DNA of 56,335 nt, filler included, from Sphacelaria rigidula (GCA_964200075.2; 7 parts of 7 records of this genome joined end to end with filler, not necessarily neighbours in it), one strand, 5' to 3'. Positions 12,742-24,188 are shown, counted from the first letter of the whole stretch. The notes: generated from the letters alone by a model not told the origin. A program made the numbers and translations.

Positions 12742-13315
12742 CGGTCCCGGTGGCTCAGTCGGTACCCTCAAAAAACTTCCGACGGTTGGGTCGTGGGTTC
12801 GAGTTTCGGAGTGATCTGGGTTTGTTTCTTTGACGGTTGAAGAGACAAACAACTAGACTACTGACCAGTCGGCGCTGCGCTGACTGGTCAGTAGTCTAGT
12901 TGGTTGTCTCTTCAACCGTCACAAAAGTTGGTCGTGGGGGTTCTATCCCCGTCACTTTCACTTCGACGAGGGCGACTCCCCTTGCCAGCGCTCTATCGAC
13001 TGCCATCAAGATGTCTAATGTTGTCGCTTTCACCGTCTCCTAGAGTTACTCGTCTCCCCCACTCAACAGTGGAGAGCGACCATGTCGTGGGTAGACAAAA
13101 TTCGTCTCCATGGTCAACGAGGGAGAGGAATTGCTGAACCCCTGTCGCGATAAAAAATAAAAAGGCAAGCACCGCAGAAGAAGGGTGGAGATACTAAAAA
13201 AAAAAAACTCCTGTGCTGTTTTCCTCCTGTGTGACCCCGGCTGGTGCGCCCACATATACCGAAAGGCAGAGACAGGCGTCCAGAATAAATTGGACGACAA
13301 CAAGACCAACACACT
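12742..13315 (+). mobile_element. SINE family A copy interrupted by an insert of about 230 bp
   Basis: Head with A box TGGCTCAGTCGG and B box GGTTCGAG at 12742-12820. The body resumes near 13057 and ends ...GGACGACAACAAGACCAACACAC. Confidence 0.8.
12831..12921. repeat. Near-perfect 91-nt palindrome (hairpin)
   Basis: Arms 12831-12870 and 12882-12921 are reverse complements at 39 of 40 positions. The centre is GGCGCTGCGCT. Confidence 0.95.
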
Positions 13316-13560
13316 CAAAACAAGGGACACGGTCCGTAAAAAAAATAGGCCCAAACCCGAGGGGCAGAAACAATTATCTAATGAGCGTACAAAAAAAAGG
13401 GATGAAAAAAATGTTATCTTACACCAATCGACCGGGGCGCACAGTTTTCTGTGCAAAACGTGATCCACAATGATCTCGCCGAGTACATGGTGGCACTGTA
13501 CAGTATATGATGAGTTGTGTAAATTGATAGATTGCTTCCTCAATAAAAATCTTCCGAAGA

Positions 13561-14863
13561 TGCTCCCTGTATCCCGTACGGCGCCAGTATCCAGTACAGT
13601 ATCACCCGTATGAGACGGTAAAAATACCCAGTAATCACCAGTATCGTCCAGTGTCGGGCCGCAAAATACCCAATATCGCCAGCATCAGCCAGTATGAGGC
13701 CGGAAAGTACCAGGGGTCTACACATTGCGCGTGATACTTTAACGTGACAACATTTGAAAAAACGGAACCTCGGGTCATTTTGCGCTACGTGAGGTTCGAT
13801 TTTTCGGATGAGAAAAGAGTAACGTAACGTGATGTAACGTGTGGTCCTTAGAATGCACCCTGACGCAGCGTTTCACTTTCCGAGTGTGACGAAAACTCTG
13901 CTTGATTTTGTGAATTTGTAACGTGTCGCGTTACAATTTCACAAAAAAAACGTTATTTAGGCCAACTCTAATGGGAGCCGTTCAAAATTCCTATTGAAAA
14001 CTGCCTTTTGGGCCCTTCTCCGTCGATTTACGCTCAAAAAGAGGGCTAGGCAGATGTTGACGCCTTGGAATAATTTGCTGTCGTGCTCGCTGAGGCCGTT
14101 CTAGGGCAACTCTGCTTTTCCCGCTGGCCGCACTTTTGTTTTCGACCAAATCAGCCCGAACACGAATTTTCCGTGAAAAACGGTCAGGTGATCAAAATCT
14201 CCCTTCGTATTTTGATCGCTTAAGCGCTTTTCATTGAAAATTCGTGTTCAGCATAAAACAAAAGTGCTGCAGCGGGAAATGCAAAGTTGCTCTGGAACGG
14301 TCCCAATGAGTAGAGCAAGTCATTGCAAGGCGTCTATACCCGCCTAGCCCTCGTTTTGGGCGTAAATCGATAGAGAAGGGCCAAAAAGGCAGTTTAAAGC
14401 AGGAATTTTGAACAGCTCCCATCAGAGTCGGTCCTACATGTGAAAATTTCCAAAAAATCCAAGAAACACTCTTTCAAGGACCACATGTTATATGACATTA
14501 CGTTACATTCGTCCCGTCCAAAAACATGAACCCTCACGTAGCGTTAAATGATCCAAATTTACGTTTTTTTCAAATGTATCACTTGTGTAACGTGTAACTC
14601 CCGGCAAAATACCCAATATCGGCGGTATCCGCCAGTATGGGGCGGCGAATTACCCAGTATCGCCAGTATCCGCCAGTATGAGGCGGCGAAATACCTAGTA
14701 TCGCCAGTATCCGCCAGTATGAGACGGCGAAACTACCCGGTATCCCCAGTATCGTCCAGCACCGGGCCGCGAAATACCCAGTATCGCCAGTATCCGCCAG
14801 AATGAGGCCGTAAAATATCCAATATCACCAGTATCCGCCAGAATGAGGCGGTGAAACACCCAG
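13561..14863 (+). repeat. CCAGTAT-array element, copy 1 (interrupted and truncated)
   Basis: Begins TGCTCCCTGTATCCCGTACG. Tandem TATCGCCAGTATCCGCCAGTAT-like units lie on both sides of the 13713-14602 insert. Confidence 0.7.
13713..14602. mobile_element. Foldback element of about 890 bp nested in the CCAGTAT array
   Basis: Imperfect inverted symmetry over almost its whole length, e.g. CATTTGAAAAAACG / CGTTTTTTTCAAATG and ATGGGAGCCGTTCAAAATTCCT / AGGAATTTTGAACAGCTCCCAT. Centre near 14205. Confidence 0.8.
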
Positions 14864-15001
14864 TGAAATTAATCCACAAAGAGATGTGATACTTTCCAGT
14901 ATCATGTTACAGCGAGAGACTCTTTGCCCCACAAACACACACACGCGCAGAAGACCCCTATTGGTCGACCCCCACATACACCAGCCCTACGAATATGCCA
15001 G

Positions 15002-15206
15002 GAAATCTTTCCAGTAACGTCGCCAGGGAAAGATCTGTTGCGGTAGGGGATGATGAAGAGGACAGGTCGGGACGTGCCGCAGACCCCAACGGCGTTGCTG
15101 CCGGACCTGCCGCTGGTATATCACCACCACCAGCTGCGCGAGAGGAGAGCACTGCGAGCCTTCCACCGACGTTGGCAGAATATGTCGATATTGTGGGAAT
15201 TCCAAA
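15002..15206 (+). CDS. Possible isolated internal exon, unknown protein
   Basis: GC-rich open segment (NLSSNVARERSVAVGDDEEDR...AEYVDIVGIP) flanked by CCAG| and |GTAAAG. No recognisable domain. Confidence 0.35.
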
Positions 15207-15302
15207 GTAAAGAAAGCCATCCAGAAGCAAAATGCCGCCTATTATATCACACGCGGCCATTTGGCTACCCCCAAAAATCCTTCCACACGCAAATTGCAAA
15301 GA

Positions 15303-15717
15303 TGATCCCCGTATCCCGTACGACGCTAGTATCCCGTGCAGTATCACCCGTACCTGTATAGTGGGCACGGCCAGTACCCACCCGTATGAGGCCACAAATA
15401 CCCAGTATCGCCATCATCCGTCAGTATGAGGCTGCAAATACCAAGTATCGCCAGTATTCGCCAGTATAAGGCAGCGAAATATCCAGTATCGCCAGTATCC
15501 GCCAGTATCAGGTGGCGAAATACCCAGTATCGCCAGTATCCGCCAGTATCAGGCGGCGAAATACACAGTTTCACCAGTACCCGTCAGTATGAGGCTGCAC
15601 AATACCGCAGTATCACCAGTATCCACCAGTGAGATAAGGAATTACGGGGGGCGTACGGATGCGGGCTAGTGCGGAAATCCATACGGGTCATACTGGTACG
15701 GATCATACGGGGAGCAT
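15303..15717. mobile_element. CCAGTAT-array element, copy 2, with short TIRs
   Basis: Ends TGATCCCCGTAT... and ...ATACGGGGAGCA (11/12 inverted match), with internal tandem CCAGTAT units. Confidence 0.7.
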
Positions 15718-15905
15718 ATTTGAAACCTTCCTAACGGGATTTTCTTTGTTTCTTCCTCCACAGATCCATGCGGTAACCATCACAACCCTGAAACAAAAGA
15801 CAACACTGACAAAACTTGTCCTTTGTACAGACGGCATGTGATATTTTTTCTACCGCGTACAGTAGGTAAATTGCCTGTTCGTTTGTTTTTTCCTCACACT
15901 TTGAA

Positions 15906-16026
15906 CCCCTCCCCTCCCTCGGGATGAGTCCGTGGTCCCAAGGGATCAACCCATCTCTCCCCCGGTACGTGCCATTCATTGTGATCTCGCGGATGGATCA
16001 GCACTCCCGCACCGCGTCAACTCACG
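15906..16026. repeat. Dispersed repeat family B (probably a retroposon end), cut by the contig end
   Basis: CCCCTCCCCTCCCTCGGGATGAGTCCGT...ATCAACCCATCTCTCCCCCGGTA...CAGCACTCC is shared with 43047-43178 and, more diverged, 27737-27806. Confidence 0.75.
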
Positions 16027-16126
16027 NNNNNNNNNNNNNNNNNNNNNNNNNNNNNNNNNNNNNNNNNNNNTTAATTAATTAANNNNNNNNNNNNNNNNNN
16101 NNNNNNNNNNNNNNNNNNNNNNNNNN
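16027..16126. other. Artificial contig linker
   Basis: N44-TTAATTAATTAA-N44. Confidence 0.98.
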
Positions 16127-16531
16127 AAATGAGTACGCCCCCGCCCCCCCCCTCCCCCCAACCATCGCACTGCCGGTAGCTTCGAGACACGCCCCAATTA
16201 CAGGAAGGAAGAGGGGCAGGACAGTGGGATTACAACCGCGATGATGATTGACAGCAGGGCGTAACGTCTGTGCATCATTGTGTGGACGATAACCGCATAC
16301 TTCGAAGTACATTAGTGGCTCACCATATTCCTCTGGGTGGGTTGCCGAGGCGTGTTGGCCAATGTCCCGTCCCGTGATGTAGAAAAACAAAATAGTGTTG
16401 GTACTTATCATGTAGCATGCATGCAGCCCACTGCATAGCTACACTATTGTAGTGTCGAGGATGTTCTGCGGCTTCGGAGTGAGCCCTGAGCGCGTTCTCG
16501 AAAACCTGTCGGCAATGCACAAGCAGCATAG

Positions 16532-16809
16532 AAATACCGCAAAATGGATGAACTTACTTCCACCCCCATGACCCGCGTCTCTCGCCGCTCCCATCGACCA
16601 CGTTGGGTCACAGTTGGGGGCCTTGGCGGCTGGAGCGGGCGTCCAGGGAGCGGGACAAAGAAGACATTGCCTGCTGCGCCTGACATCGGGGCCGGAAATA
16701 TCGGTGCCCGAGTATTTGACGCGGAAGCTGTGCTGGGCGGCCTTGCAACGCTCAGTTTGGACGACGAACCTTCCAGCGGCTGGAGCCAGCTGCGACCGGA
16801 TACTCAGGG
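16532..16809 (+). CDS. Possible exon of unknown protein
   Basis: CATAG| acceptor (or ATG at 16544), open frame MDELTSTPMTRVSRR...LATLSLDDEPSSGW, strong donor GG|GTGAGC (phase 2). Confidence 0.35.
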
Positions 16810-17016
16810 GTGAGCAAAGAAACAAAGTACGGCAAGAACAGACCGTGCGACTGTGGGGACTCACTGGGCTGTTTTGGGGCGGGCTATACTGATCGTATGT
16901 GGACGATCGCAGTGTCTTGGGTTTTTCGGAACAGAAAAATGATTTACGTAAAATTTTCACAGTCGTCTCGCGACCAGAAATGTAGAGCCCCTCTTGTTGA
17001 AAGCGCGGTGTAAAAG

Positions 17017-17018
<2 letters not shown>

Positions 17019-17056
<38 letters not shown>

Positions 17057-17086
17057 ATGTATGTGTGTGTGCATGTGTGTGTGTGT
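17019..17086. repeat. (TG)n microsatellite
   Basis: Directly visible imperfect TG run. Confidence 0.95.
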
Positions 17087-18344
17087 TTTGCGGCGATCGA
17101 CGAAATTCATCAAGCTCCGCTATACTATTGAGAGATAACCTCGTATCCCCCAAAGTATGGACGCAGATAGCTTCCGGTGGCCAAACATTGCTTGGATCCC
17201 ATCGTCGGACTCTGCAACGTCGCCACACGGGATGCGTCGTGGGTGCCGTAGGATCAGCTGATTTCATCTTGGTAAAATATCCTACGGAATAGTCAACCAC
17301 GCCTTGTCTACTCGCTGCCCGTAAACGCGTGCTCAATCGCACAGAACGCCTGGACCCACGTTCGACAACGATGTCCTCCGCATGGGCTTGATGTCGGGCT
17401 CAGCTGATGTGGGCGCGCAAGGATTCCCTATGCCGGATTCATTCAGGTTCGATTCTCTGTGATCGGGCGCAAGTTGCTGAAATCCTCCTTGTCACGGTGC
17501 CCCTACACGAGCTGGGCCCTCAAACCCTCGTGCCCTGGCGCAAGATCTTGGGGAAGCATGTTCAGGTGTCTTGAAAAATCGATAGAACCCGCCTTCGTCA
17601 CGAGGACACAGGCGATTTTCTACAGAGCGTGCTCTGCGTTTGGGGGGGTGAGCCACCTCTGTGATGCGTGCAGTGCCGGCTGATCAGGGACGGGATAATG
17701 TACCATGCATGTCGGACAGTCCAATACACAACGGTATGCCTGAATAGAGAATAATGCTTTTCATGGATCACGATCTATTAGACACCTAACACCAGCCGAA
17801 AACAGGAGGGTTTCGAGACATGAGCTCGCAAATATGGTACAGTTTAGTGAAGCGAATGCCCCCCCCGGGTGGTGAAGACCAGGTGCAGTTCCCCGGCAAG
17901 TTTCGCCGATTTCAAAAAGTAGGAAAATCGAACGATATTCATGAGCCTGGGGAGTCATCTCTCGTCACAGATTGCGATATAATATTCCTGGTGTATGAGC
18001 ACTCGTGTAAACATCTCGTAAAGGGGCTCAACCAAGCGTGCAGGTCATTGCGGTTTTGTACTCGTTTCTTGCAGCATTCCCTGGTGCAGCAGCAGCCTCA
18101 GCTGCTCCCTTTCCACCCTTCTTCCCTCCCCGTTGCATATTGTTTTCGTCTCGTTCTCAGTTCCTCACTTCATCTCGTGCCTCCTCAACAGTTGGCCGTT
18201 CGAGATCGGTAGGTCGAGCGACATTCCGCTTTCTCACCGGATGCATTGCCAACAATCAGCTGGGGCATACGAGAAACACAAGTATTCCATCTCCTCCCCA
18301 TCATCCCCCCGCCATCCTGTCCCCCGCGCTCCGTCCTCCCGCTG

Positions 18345-18598
18345 ATCGATTGGTTGGTTGGTTGGTTGATCGACGCACTTTAACTGATTTCCCGCAGGAG
18401 TCATGACCCGTTTGTGGTCATCATCCACATGATAGACGTACCCGAGACAAAACGAAGTTGAGACACCTGCTGAAGAAAAGTCAAGGAAACCGAAAAAGTA
18501 CAACAGTCAAACAGAGCAGACTAAGAGAAGGGACGAGAAGATAAGAGGAGAGAAGAGGAGAGGAGAGAAGAGAAGAGAGGAGGAGAGAAGAGAAGAGC
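18345..18598. repeat. Dispersed repeat family D plus (GAGAA/GAGGA)n tract
   Basis: (GGTT)n followed by ...TAGACGTACCCGAGACAAAACGAA, shared with 44838-44970 and 47848-47970. Purine microsatellite at 18525-18598. Confidence 0.6.
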
Positions 18599-20501
18599 AA
18601 ACGAAATGCTTGAAGTAGACGGCCTCTGCCCCACGGTTCCGGTGGAAAAGATCTTGCGCGAAAATCACAGTCCTACCCAATCGTAGAAGACAAAGAAATA
18701 TGATGTGTGATGAAATAGTGAGGTTTTGAAAAATATGGGTTTGCCTGCGGCTAGCAGCCCCCGGTCGTCACCTCACTAGGATTACTTTGCCCCAGTTCTA
18801 CCTCACTATGGCCTCCACAACATCGGCGTGTTGAACCTGTTCCTATGCTGCGTTCTGTTGAGACTGCGTAGCGAATGGTTTGGCAGCTTGAGCAGCGAAC
18901 CATTTTATTTTTCAACTCCGTCTTCTGATCTCCCGTTCATGGACGAACAGCAGAGCCACTTGGAGTAGCTTGTTGTTTTTGATTGATTGTCGCACATGAA
19001 GTGATTCGCCACAAATGTAGGCACGGTCACAAAATTGACGTGGTGTGTATTATTTGAGATGAACGAGGTGCTGTGGGTGGAAGGAAGCACCCGCGAAGAG
19101 ATGCACACCCTGGGCAATATATTATATTGTTAAAACATGTACTGCATACAGTATGGAATCTATTGTCTATTGTAATGGACGCAATAGTCGATACTGTACG
19201 CAGTACGCTTTTGGACTGTGTATTCTTTTGTCCAGGGTATAAAAAGATGCGCAAGAAACCTTAACTCGAAAGGTAGAGAGAGGGACAGGGTGGACCGGAC
19301 GAAAGGCAGAGCAAAAGGAGTAAGCTAAAAGCGAGAAGATGAAGAAAACCCCCCGAAAAGGAATGATTGAGAAAGAAAAACGTGAGGTCAAAAACACTAG
19401 GCTAAGATCTATAATAGTACCGGTCTCGAGGGGGGAAACAAATACCTGACGGGCCCCCATCGCATGGCTTAGAGTATGGGGGGCGTACCTAAACACGACA
19501 AAAGCGCAGAGACGGAAAAAAAGCGAAGGGGGCTGTGGAATCACGTTGTGGCTCATTTTTCTGGGATTCACATTGATTTTTGGGCGAGAATCATCACCCG
19601 CAAGCTCTACCGGAGCGAGAACAGTGATGCGGCAAGAACATAGAAGAACAAAGAGAGAGAGGGGGGCGGGCGGGAAAGGGAAGTAGGCGGGAAAACATTT
19701 AAGGAAGAAAGAAAAAGGAACCCAGGCACACGGCAGAACGTGCACCGGAACGCAGCTAGGAAACGTAGTGCGGGAAGGAAGCCAAGAAGGAGTCAACAAC
19801 CGCTAGAATACGGCAGCAGGGGCATATCAGTTCCCGCCCTGCTCGCGCTCCTCTCGTTTATACCTAGCAAGCCAGGGGCGACGTGGGTCTCTCTGATCGA
19901 CTTCCATTTTTGTGTGCGTCGCGGGCTGTTGCTGCTGTTGTTATGCCAGCGGTAGCGGCTCTTATACTCGCACTTATTAACGCAACAGCCTCTTGTTTGT
20001 AAGGTAAGCCGGGTCAGCGTAGCATTACCCAAGTGATCCCTCTTCCGTCGCGGTGTCATACCCACTCCCGTTTTGGCAGTCCGCGATCGGGATTGCCGCC
20101 GATTTTCGCAACCCCTACCCCTGCCGCCGCTGCTGCCTATGTGGGAGATACTGCTGGTCGTGCTTCCGGAGGTGCGGGAGGTGCGACGGGGAAGGGAGCT
20201 GAGAGGGCCGGGCGTGTACAGCAGCAGCAGCAGCAACAACACCAGTCGCACTACTGCTGGGAAGAAATGCAGCAAAGATTGTAAGAATCCTGCCAAACAT
20301 TCCCGTTCTTTGCGACAAGCACTTCGCACTCGTACCATTTACGATTATACACCCGGAGGAGCAATGTCGTCATCCAGTTGGCATCTGATGAACGTGTATG
20401 TATCCCTCCAATGCAACTTGACCGTAACACGTTTTAACGACCTCTGATGTAAACAAGTAAACAGCTGTGTGTCCCGGGGGAGATTGGAAGTAAGCAGCAG
20501 G

Positions 20502-20930
20502 AATACGGGATTTTACAAATTGGGGATGGATCTTTTATCGGGGATGAAAACCCGGAGGATTAAAATTTTCGTATCCACACCGAATCTTCGAAGTATGCTT
20601 CCATTTCTTCACTTGCTGGTAGCTATTGACAACTACTACGCGCCATACAAAATCAGACTGCGATAGCCGAAATGTCGGGGTCCTAGATAAAAAACAATTT
20701 TGGGAGATTTTAGGTGTCCGATCGGACGCTGATATTGGTTTTTCACCTAGGACCCCGACATTTCGGTTATCGAAATCCAAATTTGTATGGCATGTAGTAC
20801 TTGTCAATAGCTACCAGCAAGTGAAGAAATGGAAGCACACTTGGAAGATTCGGCGTGGATACGAAGATTTTAATCCTCCGGGTTTTCATCCCAATAAACG
20901 ATCCATCCCCACTTTGTAAAATCCCGTGTT
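20502..20930. mobile_element. Foldback MITE family E, copy 1 (429 bp)
   Basis: Inverted arms of about 195 bp (AATACGGGATTTTACAAATTGGGGATGGATC... / ...GATCCATCCCCACTTTGTAAAATCCCGTGTT), flanked by CAGG on both sides. Confidence 0.9.
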
Positions 20931-21421
20931 CAGGGGGCAAGTCGAGTGCGTGATGCGAGGTGGGATAGTTGAAAAGTCACTGTAGACTACCGTTTTATTC
21001 ACATCTGACTGGATCAGAAATAGATGGTCTTACGCTAAAAGTTGCCGTGTGACTCAGAGAGCTCAACCTCTGCATACTGTGCTGCCCGTGCTGGGGACAT
21101 GTGATATCCATGTACAGCAGTGTACATAAGCTTGATCATATTCCGGGCGCGAACAAGGTTATCAAAAGTGGGTAGGTGAATGTGACGTAGGGCAAACAAT
21201 TTCTAGCTTTTGCGCTCGTCGATATCTGTGGAGCTCATCTTCTGTTGTTTTGCGCTGAAGCCGGTGATTAGAGACCCTGCGGTCACTGCTGTAAGGTTCG
21301 TGGCGGCTGATAATTCAAAGCGCCCCAAAGAATCAGTCACCCGCAGCAGTCCTCGGTGTAGCGAGGCAAATATTCCGCGATGAATGAACCTCGTCCTCGG
21401 TGCCGTCTTTTTTTTTCGCAG

Positions 21422-21554
21422 GGAGCAAGAGCGTATGATGAGCGACGAGAACAATCGGGAGAAGTCTCGCCCCGCACCAACGGTTCCCGCGTTGGCTGCC
21501 TCCGGTCGCCGCGGGGGAACCCCCACGCCGCCTACCCATGACTGGACATACTAA
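21422..21554 (+). CDS. Possible terminal exon, phase-compatible with 16532..16809
   Basis: Strong acceptor TTTTTTTTTCGCAG|, phase 2, reading EQERMMSDENNREKSRPAP...HDWTY then TAA. Confidence 0.3.
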
Positions 21555-21774
21555 ATAATGATTGATTCTCCCATTGCTGCGCTGGAGCGCGGATTTCATG
21601 GAATGGAGTAGTATGTGGCATGTATGTGATGGAGTAGCTGCAGCAGGGAGCTGTGCAGCTTCTGTCAAGTGCTGAGCGCAGTCTGTAATGTTTTGGTTCG
21701 TTCTACTTTGGCTCTAAACGGTGGGTGAAAGCACGACTACTAGGCCACTCCTCGTTCACCAATTGTGTTCGATG

Positions 21775-22138
21775 TGTGTGTGTTGTCGCCCCACCTACTG
21801 TATTCTGGACGCCAGTCTGCACCTTTCGGTATATGTGGGCGCACCAGCCGGGGTCACACAGGAGGAGGATCAACACAGGAGTTTTGTTCTTTTTTGTTTG
21901 TTTTTTGTGCTCCACCTTCCTCCTGCGGTGCTTGCCTTTTTTTCTATGGCGATAGGGGGTCAGCGCTCCCTTTCCCTCGTCGACTGTGAAGTCGAATTTT
22001 GTGTACCCACGACATAGTCGTTCTTCACTGTTGGGTATGGTGTGAGAAACAATCCCAGATCGCTCCGAGATTTGAACCGGCGACCCAACCGTCAGGACGT
22101 TTCGAGGTTACCGACTGAGCCACCGGGACGGCCGGCCC
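21775..22138 (-). mobile_element. SINE family A, full-length copy with TSD
   Basis: Minus strand: A box TGGCTCAGTCGG, B box GGTTCAAATC, (CA)n tail. 8-bp TSD GTTCGATG at 21767-21774 and 22139-22146. Confidence 0.9.
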
Positions 22139-22940
22139 GTTCGATGACAGGTGAATATAGAATGCCTCGTGCACCTATTTGTTTTCTCAGGACGCACTCC
22201 TGGTCCCCACACGATATTCGCACGGCCTGATATGAAAGTGCACTCGTGGGTCGAACACGGCGGTAATCAAATGAGCCTATGTCGCGTTTTGGAATTCGCC
22301 TAAGGATGCTTTGCGTAGGAAGCCTGCGTGTGCGGCATGCATTTTTCGACCCCACAAAATTTCAGGGTCCCAGCGTGCTGTTATGGTATAACACGTGCTG
22401 CCATCGGATGAGGACCTAGCGTTGCTGCCGGTGATTATGGCAGGCCTGCCCGTGAGAGAGAGTCTCGACTGGATGTCATTCGATTTGCGCGCACCTATAT
22501 ATCGTAGCCTTTTTTCGCTCGAAAGCCTACCACGTGCTGATGGTGTTTCGAGCACGAAGGACCTCTTCATCGTACAGCGCAACCACAACGAACGCTTCAA
22601 CGCAATGGAACCTTTATTCAAGTGTTGTCGAAGTAAACCCCATTTCAAGCTCCACTAGACGTTTCTCGCGAACTGGAGCCCGATACGCGAAAAGACAGTG
22701 CATGAAAGCCACACCGTTGTTTCTCGATCTTCGTTACCAAGCATGAACACGGCACTACATGTTCGACATCTTCATTCCCGTGCAGCTCGTGCATCTCACG
22801 GCTCTTAACACCCCCACCCCCCCCACCCCCTCCCCCAAACGAAAACAGCGATCGGACGGGTATTATCATTACTGTGACAGGGTGGATAATGATCCTGTAT
22901 AGTAGACTATAGAGCAATTGGATCATGGTTACGCATTCTA

Positions 22941-24088
22941 CTTCCTGTCCCATAAGTAAAGTCCGTTATGGGGGAAATATCGTATATCGCCAATGGAGTT
23001 GCCCACGACGCTATCGTTAGGTTTTTTGAAAAGCTGTTGACATGGTGATGCTCGTTGAACAGAAACAAAATCTGAATCAAAATTACTGAGAATTAGTGGA
23101 TCAAAAAGTGGGCATTTTGGCGGGAATTTGAGATTTTTTTCAGATTTGTTTTGAGAATTATATTCAGAACTTATGCTTTTCTGGGCAATTGAACGCTCAT
23201 TACCCCCACAACCACATTGGAGACCCCCCGAAACGTAAGAGGGGCGCAGACGTGCCTTTGGGCCGTCGGTATGCAATGGAGGTGGAGATAGCGATGGCCA
23301 TTCCCCCAGGAAATTCGAGTGTGTCCAACGGCGTTCTAGGCCCCATGGCGGAGCGTTGCGGCGTTGGTGCTGTCTACCCCAGAAAACATTGGAAGTACAA
23401 CACAAGAGCCACCTGCCCAAGATTATGGTGATCGTTGCAAACGCTCGGCCTGACCCGAGCCACAACTTCGACGGAAAGATCGGCATCTGGCGCATTTGTG
23501 TCCTGAAAACCGCCAAGCGGTCGTCCAAGAGGAGGAAGAGGGGGGAGGAGTACGAGTTCGATTGCACCATCGACGCGGAGTGGTACAAGACGTGGTACAT
23601 CGACGAACTTTTGCCTGCGATCAAGCTCAAGATGCCGTGGCTACGTTCGAAGCGCGTAATCGTCCAGCAAGACGGCGCAAGCCCCCACACGGGAAAAAGC
23701 AATCCCGAGATTCTTAACTCGGCGGGGATGGGGCTAGTCACGCAGCCTGCACAGTCGCCTGACTTGAACGTCAACGACTTGTGCTTCTTCGCATCTCTTA
23801 AGTCGAGGGTATGGGGGATGACTGCAAGTTCGATAGACGAGTTGGTGGAGACTATCTCCAAGCAGTACGAGGAGTACAACAGTGACACGTTGGAGCGGGT
23901 TTGGCATAGCCTCTTTAAGGTTTACAACCAAACACTACGTGAGATGGGCGACAACGACTTTAGTGTGGAACATTCCGGGGTGAGGGTGCGGCAGAGGGCA
24001 GAAACGTTAGAAAGGGTGGTAAAATACGATAAGGATGCCTTCACGAAGGCCTGGGACTACCTAGCGGCAAGCCCTAGCGACGACGAGG
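22941..24088 (+). mobile_element. Plant-type mariner (Tc1/mariner) transposon, internally deleted, cut by the contig end
   Basis: TA followed by the Stowaway-like end CTTCCTGTCCCATAAG. Transposase motifs VQHKSHLPKIMV, FDGKIGIW, QQDGASPH and QPAQSPDLNVNDLCFF. A short HTH-like N-terminal piece is out of frame and the first catalytic Asp region is missing. Confidence 0.9.
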
Positions 24089-24188
24089 NNNNNNNNNNNN
24101 NNNNNNNNNNNNNNNNNNNNNNNNNNNNNNNNTTAATTAATTAANNNNNNNNNNNNNNNNNNNNNNNNNNNNNNNNNNNNNNNNNNNN
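24089..24188. other. Artificial contig linker
   Basis: N44-TTAATTAATTAA-N44. Confidence 0.98.

Noticed and set aside
12742..12820. tRNA-like sequence with A and B boxes
   Set aside because: No convincing cloverleaf; it is the head of a multi-copy SINE rather than a tRNA gene.
14600..15630. Regularly spaced short repeats superficially like a CRISPR array
   Set aside because: Units are degenerate and tandem without unique spacers, there are no cas genes, and the context is eukaryotic.
16439..17113. 224-aa minus ORF with an HT repeat
   Set aside because: The HT run is the translated (CA)n microsatellite, and the rest has no domain signal.
22938..23888. 316-aa minus-strand ORF
   Set aside because: Antisense shadow of the mariner transposase.
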